DNA of 20,000 nucleotides from an uncultured virus (IMG/VR IMGVR_UViG_3300030098_006717) (taxonomy: Duplodnaviria > Heunggongvirae > Uroviricota > Caudoviricetes), in the IMG/VR virus record IMGVR_UViG_3300030098_006717. One strand, 5' to 3'. The position numbers and the translations under genes were made by a program. The first letter of the stretch is position 1; each line of letters opens with the position of its first letter. Shown in pieces: positions 10,813 to 17,692 of this stretch. A model generated the notes under the pieces. The model saw nothing but the letters and a program-made list of their open reading frames with translations, was not told the DNA's origin and ran no database searches.

Positions 10813-10888
10813 AAACTTTATATTTATTAATGAATAGGAACAGGAATGAAAATAAATAATTTAAAAAACATAATAAGTTTATATTTAT
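10813..10888 (+). promoter_or_regulatory. Two copies of a putative phage promoter motif (AAACTTTATATTTAT 10813-10827; TAAGTTTATATTTAT 10874-10888)
   Basis: Both copies lie in the largest intergenic gap. The same motif occurs at 13860-13875 and 19035-19050. Confidence 0.5.
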
Positions 10889-10929
10889 TTATAGTATATC
10901 AAATAGGATAAATTTACAGGAGAACAATT

Positions 10930-11640
10930 ATGGGATTTCAACCAGATACAGGGGCAGTAGTAGTAAAAGCCACTTTAACAGATTTAGGAACAAAATATCT
11001 ATTAACCGAACCAAATAAATTTGTAATAGACAAATTTGCAGTTTATGATGATGAGGTAGATTATAGATTATGGAATCCAGATCATCCAAATGGTACAGAT
11101 TATTATGGTTATGCCATAGAAAACTTACCTTTATTAGAACCAATAACAACAGCAGCTTATCAATTAAAATATGCTTTACATAGAGATTATGAAAGAGATA
11201 CTGCTAGAGTTGGTGTAGGTGAGATATTAGGTGATGGTCAATCTAGTGTTGTACTGGAATCTATCAGAGACGTACATGATTTAGCAATTAGATATCATAA
11301 TATAACACCTGAAAATATAGAAGTAACTGTTGGAAATAAAACAGTAGCTGCAATCAATCCTAAATCAGGTAATATGGTTGAAAAAGATATACGTGGAACG
11401 GCTATTGCTAATACTACAAGAGCTGCTGGATTTATACAACCTAGAAGGTTTACAACAGGTCCATCGGGTGATGTTGTTGAATTTCAAATTTCAGCTGAAT
11501 TAAACCCTAATGTACATGATCCTGTAACGACTATGGTAACTATTAGAGAAACGAGCCATAATGTAATTAATCATATTTTAGTGACTGTTCAACCAAATGG
11601 TAACTTGAATTTAGCACCAACAACACCATCTGGTAAATAG
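10930..11640 (+). CDS. Probable baseplate/tail structural protein
   Basis: AGGAG at 10918-10922. The N-terminus 'ATLTDLGTKYLL...IDKFAVYDDEVDY' resembles the LTxxG...IxxFAxxD start of tail-collar (DUF3751-like) folds. The C-terminal half is beta-rich and Ig-like. Confidence 0.65.
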   Translation: MGFQPDTGAVVVKATLTDLGTKYLLTEPNKFVIDKFAVYDDEVDYRLWNPDHPNGTDYYGYAIENLPLLEPITTAAYQLKYALHRDYERDTARVGVGEILGDGQSSVVLESIRDVHDLAIRYHNITPENIEVTVGNKTVAAINPKSGNMVEKDIRGTAIANTTRAAGFIQPRRFTTGPSGDVVEFQISAELNPNVHDPVTTMVTIRETSHNVINHILVTVQPNGNLNLAPTTPSGK

Positions 11641-11668
11641 GAAAGAAAGCAATTAAGGAGATTATAGA

Positions 11669-12835
11669 ATGATATTTAAAGAATTAACAATAAATGACAG
11701 ACATACCGACACTACAAAATTGACCCAAGGAATTTTTACTGGTGGAGCTGGTACTTTAGAAGGTCCGGCTTTTAGTACTGCCTCTATTTCTTCTAGTAAT
11801 GTTGCTTACTTTTACACACTTCAAGAGGGTAGTGGTTCTACTGCAGTTGAAAGATTAGATGTCGCTTGGGGACATAAATATGGATCTGGATCATCTGCTA
11901 CTACATATGCAAATGCTTCAAAAGCGATTTATAGACAATGGGCTAATTTAATATTAGATTCCAATAGTTCTCAAAATCAAGATCCATCTTTTACATTTAA
12001 AAGTATTTTTTCTGGAAGTGAAGATGTAACAGTAGATAATACACCAGATAGTGTTTATATTTTATCTGTAAAACAAGATACTACTAAAGATAGACTTGAT
12101 CAAAGATGGTCAATTGTATTAAGTGGTTCTCGAACTAACTTGGGTGGTGCAGCTGATCACCCTACAGGATCATCTTTACATTTAACAAATTATACAGCAA
12201 GTTTATATGAAGATCAATCTACAGTGGGTGGATACTATAAAGTAATTAGTGGTTCAGCTGGAGTTCCATCTTCAATAACTAATGAAACAACTTGTTATGG
12301 ACATTTCTATCCAGAGTTATCAGCTATTGTATTTGATGCTGACAGACTTTCTGGAAGTCTTAATGGTGATGCTGCCTTTGTTACTGAAGGTGGAGGAGCT
12401 GGACATGATCATACAGGACTTGGTCTAAACGTAGGATTAACACCTGATCTTTCAACAGATGGAACAGCAGACAATGCTGGTAAATTAGTACACGCTTTAA
12501 CTGGAACTAGATCAATATTAGGTGATGCATCATCTGCATCTGGATCAACAGGTGGTTCAATAACAATGAGAAGTGAAGAAGATATCAACCAAACAACATA
12601 CTATTGTAGAATGTGGCATAATGAGTTTAATATCTCATCTAATCCATCATTCTTAGAGAGTGGATCTGAATTGGGTGATATTGATACAAACTTTATCGGT
12701 AATCCAACAGTATATGCGACTGCGATTGGTTTACATAATTCAGATGGTGATTTAATAGCTGTAGCTAAATTAAGTGAACCTCAAAAGAAAAACTTCAATA
12801 CTGAATTAACTGTAGCCGCTAAAATTGACGGATAA
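11669..12835 (+). CDS. Ser/Gly-rich probable baseplate/tail structural protein
   Basis: AGGAG at 11656-11660. The C-terminal 'EFNISSNPSF...YATAIGLHNSDGDLIAVAKLSEPQKK' is a pattern typical of baseplate/tail-collar proteins. Paralogous to the next gene. Confidence 0.7.
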   Translation: MIFKELTINDRHTDTTKLTQGIFTGGAGTLEGPAFSTASISSSNVAYFYTLQEGSGSTAVERLDVAWGHKYGSGSSATTYANASKAIYRQWANLILDSNSSQNQDPSFTFKSIFSGSEDVTVDNTPDSVYILSVKQDTTKDRLDQRWSIVLSGSRTNLGGAADHPTGSSLHLTNYTASLYEDQSTVGGYYKVISGSAGVPSSITNETTCYGHFYPELSAIVFDADRLSGSLNGDAAFVTEGGGAGHDHTGLGLNVGLTPDLSTDGTADNAGKLVHALTGTRSILGDASSASGSTGGSITMRSEEDINQTTYYCRMWHNEFNISSNPSFLESGSELGDIDTNFIGNPTVYATAIGLHNSDGDLIAVAKLSEPQKKNFNTELTVAAKIDG

Positions 12836-12853
12836 GAGATATGGACAATACAA

Positions 12854-13846
12854 ATGTCAAGCGAGATAACTCCAAATGATATTAGGTATATTGAATCCAC
12901 AGTTCATAAAACAATAACTTTGTCGAACGAAAGTGATGGTATAAGTACCGTCACTTTCATATCGGCATCTTCACCTACAAACGCAACATCATCAGAATTT
13001 CATTATTATAATGCTATAAATCATCTTCATTATAGACCAATTGCACATACCCAATGGGGTAATTCTTGGATTCCTGAAATGTATGGTATATATGATCATG
13101 ATCATTATAGACAAAGTGGATCAAGTGATTCTTCTTGGACAAGAACTGAATTTGATAATTTTAGACCACAATATAAAAATAAATTTCATGATAAAGGATT
13201 ATTATTAAATCTTTCTTCAAGTAGATATGGTAATCAAATTAAACCAGGTACTTTTCGTCTGACTGATACAAGTAATGGTACAGGTGCAAGAACTTTTCAT
13301 TTAATAGATGATGGTTTTGGAAATTTATATAATCCAAATGCACAAGAATATCAAAATAGTGAAACTTCTATATCATCATCAGATAATTATGTTGGGAATA
13401 TATTTTATGAACAAGGATTGGTAGTTTTAACTGAAACTGGATCTTATACATCAGGTGTAAGTAAATATTATTATAATGGTGGTACTGCATATTCAATGTC
13501 ATTTGATTCTGATGTTAGTATTAAAACTATGGAATTTACTTGTAAAATTCCTGCGGATCAATACAATATAACTTCAAATCCTACAATATTATCAAGTAGT
13601 TTGGGTTATCCATCAGTTGAACAAACTAAATGGTTTGATTATAATGTACAAGCCACTAGAAGTTTTTGGAATATTGTAGATGGTGAAATTGCAATACCAT
13701 ATAGAGATAGAAATTTTCAACCTTATATAACTCACATAGCTTTATTTAATGAAGATGATGAACCTTTGATTAAAACATCATTTCCACACCCAATAAGAAA
13801 ACCAGATGATCAAGATTTAGTTATAAAAGTTCAGATGGATTATTAA
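12854..13846 (+). CDS. Probable baseplate/tail structural protein, paralogue of 11669-12835
   Basis: It contains 'VGNIFYEQGLVVL' and a C-terminal 'QYNITSNPT...PYITHIALFNEDDEPLIKTSFPHPIRK', which align by eye with the upstream protein. Confidence 0.7.
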   Translation: MSSEITPNDIRYIESTVHKTITLSNESDGISTVTFISASSPTNATSSEFHYYNAINHLHYRPIAHTQWGNSWIPEMYGIYDHDHYRQSGSSDSSWTRTEFDNFRPQYKNKFHDKGLLLNLSSSRYGNQIKPGTFRLTDTSNGTGARTFHLIDDGFGNLYNPNAQEYQNSETSISSSDNYVGNIFYEQGLVVLTETGSYTSGVSKYYYNGGTAYSMSFDSDVSIKTMEFTCKIPADQYNITSNPTILSSSLGYPSVEQTKWFDYNVQATRSFWNIVDGEIAIPYRDRNFQPYITHIALFNEDDEPLIKTSFPHPIRKPDDQDLVIKVQMDY

Positions 13847-13859
13847 GGTTTTTATAAAA

Positions 13860-13875
13860 AAATTATATATTTATA
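13860..13875 (+). promoter_or_regulatory. Putative promoter motif AAATTATATATTTATA upstream of the envelope gene cluster
   Basis: Intergenic, ending 54 nt before ATG 13930. An identical 16-mer occurs at 19035-19050. Confidence 0.5.
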
Positions 13876-13929
13876 TAAGATAGATCTTTGAAATAAAGAG
13901 GTTACACTAACTAAAATCGGAGAACTGAT

Positions 13930-14346
13930 ATGGAAGAAGCAATCCAAAATCAGGTTTCATTTTTATTGGGAAAATACGGATGGTTATTTTTAGTTGGTGT
14001 TCTAACATTACTCTTCAGAGGCACAATTGAAAAGTTTGTTTCTGGTATGTTTGTTTTTATGGGTAATGATTACAATGAAGATGATGTAGTGGAAGTAGAT
14101 GGTAAGCCAGGACGGATAGTGAGATGTGGAATATGGAGTACAACTTTCTTTACATATGATGTCAGAGATGGGGTCATTGTAGGAGGAGCAAAACTAGTAG
14201 TTCAGAATGACAAACTGAAAGACTTAAAAATAGAAAAACCTTTACCACTTTTGGACTTGTCAAAATATAAAGTGGATACATCGTGTACAGATTTACTTGC
14301 AGAATTAACTGGTGTAGTAAAAAAACACGAGAATAAAAAGAAATAG
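13930..14346 (+). CDS. Truncated MscS-family (small mechanosensitive channel domain) membrane protein
   Basis: An N-terminal TM segment is followed by 'IEKFVSGMFVF...YNEDDVVEVDGKPGRIVRCGIWSTTF...LVVQNDKL', which matches the MscS TM3 plus middle beta-domain pattern. The C-terminal alpha/beta domain is absent. GGAG RBS. Confidence 0.7.
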   Translation: MEEAIQNQVSFLLGKYGWLFLVGVLTLLFRGTIEKFVSGMFVFMGNDYNEDDVVEVDGKPGRIVRCGIWSTTFFTYDVRDGVIVGGAKLVVQNDKLKDLKIEKPLPLLDLSKYKVDTSCTDLLAELTGVVKKHENKKK

Positions 14347-14356
14347 GAGAAAGTAA

Positions 14357-15445
14357 ATGAAAAAATTACTATCGATACTATTAACAGCAACTATCTTATT
14401 TGCGGAGGAAGGTAGTAATTACTTTGTAGACAACTTTTTAAAGTATTCTACATTTTATACGAGTGTGAGTTTAAATTCACCATTTGTTGCTCAATCACAA
14501 TGGGACGTTGATGTAGAAAACGGGACATTTGTAGAAACAACAAAAGAAAATGAGTTAGCATACAATTTATCAGTTGGTGTTAGGAAATTAGCACGTTTTA
14601 AATATCAGTCAAAAGGTAAAAACTTCTATGATGGTTCAGAAAAGAATTTATCTGATGTAGCTACAATTGGAAATGTAAGTGGTTGGGAGTATTTAGTTAA
14701 GTATTCTACAATCAGAGAATTTGGTGAAGAATTTGTAGATACGGAATCTTGGGTTAGATACTTGGGTGATAATTTTGTAGTTAAAGGTTCATATGCAAAC
14801 TTTGGAAGACAAGGTTTAGAATTTGGACAATTAGATGCAAGATGGAGAAAACCACTTGGTAATAGTTGGAATGTTACATTGGGTGGAAACTTTAGAGGAC
14901 ATCCAGCTTATGGTTTATTTCCATTCAATGATTGGTTAGCTGGTTCTAACGGACAATGGTGGGAATTAGCATATAACTATGGGTATGATGATGAATATTG
15001 GTTTGAAGATTTAAATCAGAATGGCATTCAGGATCCAGGTGAATATGGTAACTACGAGTGGTTTGATGAAAATGGTGAATTGATTGCAGAAACCGATGAT
15101 GAGTTTTATGAATATTATTACGGTGATATAATTAACCTTTACAATGAAGAAGAGATTGATAAGTTAGGTTATCAATGGGAGTCTTCACTTGTTATTGGTG
15201 TGGATTACTATTTATATGATAAACAATATTGGGTTCACGGGTGGGCTTCAATAATACCTTTTAGTAAAGGTTTAACAGATTATGCCTTTAAATATGAATC
15301 TGGTGATATTGACTTTGACATAGGTTTAGTAGCTGGATATAAATTTAACAGAAATATTGGTATCTTTGGTGAAGGAAGATATCTTAAATACTTTGGAATT
15401 GATGCTTACGAATTAAAAGCAGGTATTAATGTAACTATATTTTAG
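14357..15445 (+). CDS. Secreted outer-membrane beta-barrel-like protein
   Basis: Sec signal peptide MKKLLSILLTATILFA, alternating amphipathic aromatic-rich strands, and a C-terminal beta-signal 'YELKAGINVTIF' ending in Phe. AGGAG at 14345-14349. Confidence 0.75.
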   Translation: MKKLLSILLTATILFAEEGSNYFVDNFLKYSTFYTSVSLNSPFVAQSQWDVDVENGTFVETTKENELAYNLSVGVRKLARFKYQSKGKNFYDGSEKNLSDVATIGNVSGWEYLVKYSTIREFGEEFVDTESWVRYLGDNFVVKGSYANFGRQGLEFGQLDARWRKPLGNSWNVTLGGNFRGHPAYGLFPFNDWLAGSNGQWWELAYNYGYDDEYWFEDLNQNGIQDPGEYGNYEWFDENGELIAETDDEFYEYYYGDIINLYNEEEIDKLGYQWESSLVIGVDYYLYDKQYWVHGWASIIPFSKGLTDYAFKYESGDIDFDIGLVAGYKFNRNIGIFGEGRYLKYFGIDAYELKAGINVTIF

Positions 15446-15568
15446 ATGCCAAATAAAAAAGCCAAACAGAGAAAACAAGAAAGAAGAAAAAAAAATGAAT
15501 ATCTTAAAAGACATGGTAGAACTCGTAAACAAATAAAGAGATTTAAGAGGAGAAAGAAAAATGGATAA
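15446..15568 (+). CDS. 40-aa highly basic peptide MPNKKAKQRKQERRKKNEYLKRHGRTRKQIKRFKRRKKNG
   Basis: The ATG directly follows the upstream TAG and the ORF fills the gap. 21 of 40 residues are K/R. Not in the ORF track. Confidence 0.7.
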   Translation: MPNKKAKQRKQERRKKNEYLKRHGRTRKQIKRFKRRKKNG

Positions 15569-15620
15569 ATGTAATTGTGAATGTGAATGTTGTAAGAGTT
15601 GTGACAAATGCAAAAAATAG
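15561..15620 (+). CDS. 19-aa metallothionein-like Cys-rich peptide MDKCNCECECCKSCDKCKK
   Basis: GAGGAG at 15547-15552 lies 8 nt before the ATG. The peptide has 7 Cys in CxC/CC/CxxC arrangement and overlaps both neighbours. Confidence 0.55.
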   Translation: MDKCNCECECCKSCDKCKK

Positions 15621-16252
15621 GTGAAATATTAGTTGAAAAGGGTTATGTAACCCAACAACAACTTGAAGGTGTGTTAGCAGTAAAAGGTCCTGATGCTCAA
15701 GTAGGACAAGTTCTTATAGAGTGGGGATTACTTACGCAAGAACAATTGATGGAAGCTTTAAATATACAAGCTCCACCTCCTCCACCTCCTCCACCTCCAC
15801 CAGTTCAACAACAGATACCACAACAACAAATGTATCAACAACCTGTATCTCCACCTCCAAGTGGTGGTCCAGATTTAACAATGGACAATCTACAAACATC
15901 AAAGTTTAGAATTGATTTAAAAACTATGATATTTGTTGGTTCTATGTTGGTATCACTTGTAACTATGTATTTTACATTTATGGGTGAAATGGATGCTAGG
16001 TTCGGAGCACTTGAAAACCAAGATACAGAGTTGATGAATAATATTGATAAAAGACTTACAGAATTAGAAAACAAGTTTACACCGATTGGTGATGGGGTTT
16101 ATTCAGTAGATCCTAATACAACTTGGCCACCATCTCGTGGTGAATATACTATGAAACAGAATATGAATGCAAATAAGATTACTGTTTTGGAAGAAACTAT
16201 AGATAGATTAGAAAAAGAATTAGAAAAGTTAGAAAATAAAATAGATAAGTAG
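15608..16252 (+). CDS. Membrane-anchored protein: N-terminal MshEN-like domain, Pro/Gln linker, single TM helix, C-terminal coiled coil
   Basis: Tandem 24-aa motifs KIGEILVEKGYVTQQQLEGVLAVK and QVGQVLIEWGLLTQEQLMEALNIQ, five residues apart, match RLGxxLLxxGLVxxxxLxxxLxxQ. TM segment 'MIFVGSMLVSLVTMYFTFM'. Heptads 'LEETIDRLEKELEKLENKIDK'. Confidence 0.8.
   Translation: MQKIGEILVEKGYVTQQQLEGVLAVKGPDAQVGQVLIEWGLLTQEQLMEALNIQAPPPPPPPPPPVQQQIPQQQMYQQPVSPPPSGGPDLTMDNLQTSKFRIDLKTMIFVGSMLVSLVTMYFTFMGEMDARFGALENQDTELMNNIDKRLTELENKFTPIGDGVYSVDPNTTWPPSRGEYTMKQNMNANKITVLEETIDRLEKELEKLENKIDK
15773..15802 (+). repeat. CCW trinucleotide run encoding 10 consecutive prolines
   Basis: Sequence is cca cct cct cca cct cct cca cct cca cca. 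Confidence 0.95.
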
Positions 16253-16260
16253 GAGAGGTT

Positions 16261-16647
16261 ATGTTCAAAAAAATAATTATATTTGGAATGTTAGTTACAT
16301 CACTATTTGGTAATGTAAGAGAACTAACTGATGAAAACTTTGATAAGGCTATAAAAAGAGGTATGGTTGTAGTAGAATTTTATGCGAGTTGGAACAAAGC
16401 TAATATAGTGACATTATTAGATGAGTGGGATAACTTTGAAGTTAATAGAGTGTGTAGGTTGGATGTTGAAAAATATGATAAGATAATGACTTCAAATAAT
16501 GTAGTAGTATTACCAACAATAATTTTTTATCTTGATGGTGAAGAAGCGGGAAGACTTCAAGGTAATATGAAGTTTCAATTAGAAACTACAATAAAAGAAC
16601 TTGACAAGATGGTTGAGGAAATTTATAATAAAGATAAGTTCAATTAG
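16261..16647 (+). CDS. Secreted thioredoxin-fold protein without a CxxC active site
   Basis: Signal peptide, then 'ELTDENFDKAI...VVVEFYASWNKAN...RLDVE...VVVLPTIIFYLDGEEAGRLQG', a thioredoxin pattern with WNKAN in place of WCxxC. AGGAG at 16251-16255. Confidence 0.8.
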   Translation: MFKKIIIFGMLVTSLFGNVRELTDENFDKAIKRGMVVVEFYASWNKANIVTLLDEWDNFEVNRVCRLDVEKYDKIMTSNNVVVLPTIIFYLDGEEAGRLQGNMKFQLETTIKELDKMVEEIYNKDKFN

Positions 16648-16656
16648 GAGAGAGTT

Positions 16657-17595
16657 ATGAAAAAGTTATTTAATTTTTTATTTTTAACAATGTTTGTAAT
16701 GTTTGGATTACAATCTTGTGATGATGATGACACAATTGTGGGTGGTGGTATAGATATAGAGCCAGAATTAACAGGTTGTGAAGCAACATCATTTTACGAT
16801 TGGAGTGATTTTACATTTGAAACATCACTTGATGCTGGTGCAACTACTTGGTTAGGATTTGAATTAGATGAAACTACTTTGTTTTCAATTAATTTAAATC
16901 AACCTGGTTTTCATTGTGCAATATTTGAGGGATGTGATGGAGAGTTAGGTTCACCACCACCTTTATATAGTTTTATGTCAAATGGTAATGGACAAGAGGT
17001 TGGTATTGTAACAGAGGGTTCTTATTATTTAGAAATTACAAATACAAGACCTGGTAGATTAGATTTTAATTTTGGTATTAGTTTATCAGATATAGTTTAT
17101 GGATGTCTTAATGATGATGCATTAAATTATAATTCAGATGCAAATGTAGATGATGGTAGTTGTGAATTTAATGATTGTAATACGGATTACTATCAAGAAA
17201 ATTATGGTGAGATGATATTAGATTGTGATGGAAATTGTGCACCTATATCTTGGATAGCTGATGGATATTGTGATGATGGTGAATGGGGAATCTATGATGA
17301 AGAAGGTAATGTAGTTCCAATCAATTTATATTGTGCAGAATTAAATTTTGATGAGGGTGATTGTGAAGCAATTGATGAAGATTGTACACCTGGTTTGATT
17401 GAAGATTGTAACGGAATATGTGCACCTGCCAATTGGTTAGGTGATGGATTCTGTGACGACGGTTCTTATGAGTATAATGGAAATCCAATATTCTTCAACT
17501 GTGAAGAATTAAACAATGATAATGGAGATTGTGATGCACTTGGAAGAACGACACAACAAAGACAATTACCAAACGGGAAAATCAAAATCCAATAA
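16657..17595 (+). CDS. Cys/Asp-rich lipoprotein with LNR(Notch)-like repeats
   Basis: Lipobox LQS-C followed by DDDDT, a 'GCLNDDALNYNSDANVDDGSC' motif, and two 'C..W..DG.CDDG....C...N.D.GDC' repeats. AGGAG at 16646-16650. Confidence 0.8.
   Translation: MKKLFNFLFLTMFVMFGLQSCDDDDTIVGGGIDIEPELTGCEATSFYDWSDFTFETSLDAGATTWLGFELDETTLFSINLNQPGFHCAIFEGCDGELGSPPPLYSFMSNGNGQEVGIVTEGSYYLEITNTRPGRLDFNFGISLSDIVYGCLNDDALNYNSDANVDDGSCEFNDCNTDYYQENYGEMILDCDGNCAPISWIADGYCDDGEWGIYDEEGNVVPINLYCAELNFDEGDCEAIDEDCTPGLIEDCNGICAPANWLGDGFCDDGSYEYNGNPIFFNCEELNNDNGDCDALGRTTQQRQLPNGKIKIQ
17221..17532 (+). repeat. Two LNR-like Cys-rich peptide repeats (17221-17364 and 17404-17532)
   Basis: DCDGNCAPISWIADGYCDDG...LYCAELNFDEGDC aligns with DCNGICAPANWLGDGFCDDG...FNCEELNNDNGDC. 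Confidence 0.85.
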
Positions 17596-17692
17596 ATCAC
17601 TATGGAACGAAGAAACTTGTGATATATGTCACGGTTCAGGAGTAGTGGGTGATGGTACTTGTGATTCTTGTAATGGAAAAGGTATTATATAG
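17534..17692 (+). CDS. 52-aa protein with a DnaJ-type zinc finger (two CxxCxGxG motifs)
   Basis: MHLEERHNKDNYQTGKSKSNKSLWNEETCDICHGSGVVGDGTCDSCNGKGII. GGAG at 17524-17527. Its TAG forms the TAGGAG RBS of the next gene. The start is uncertain because it overlaps the upstream CDS by 62 nt. Confidence 0.7.
   Translation: MHLEERHNKDNYQTGKSKSNKSLWNEETCDICHGSGVVGDGTCDSCNGKGII

Noticed and set aside
10846..10911. 21-aa ORF MKINNLKNIISLYLFIVYQIG in the intergenic gap
   Set aside because: It has an AGGA upstream, but the composition is what AT-rich non-coding DNA yields and it overlaps a candidate promoter motif. Support is insufficient.
13849..13899. Short AT-only inverted repeats (tttttataaaaa; ttatata-tt-tatataa; tcttt-gaaat-aaaga)
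   Set aside because: These are expected by chance in such AT-rich DNA, with no independent support as operators or terminators.
15443..15448. TAG read-through or stop-codon reassignment (TAG-ATG is in frame between the barrel and the basic peptide)
   Set aside because: Long ORFs are intact under code 11, the other TAGs sit at gene ends next to an RBS, and the barrel ends in a proper C-terminal Phe signal.
15721..15909. 62-aa Ser/Thr-rich + strand ORF
   Set aside because: It is an alternative-frame reading of the poly-Pro/Gln linker of 15608-16252.
16381..16410. Redox-active thioredoxin (trxA) call
   Set aside because: There is no CxxC motif; the site reads WNKAN.
17602..17622. ATG-initiated ORF MERRNL in the gap after the lipoprotein
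   Set aside because: Only 6 codons and no RBS. The zinc-finger frame explains the region better.
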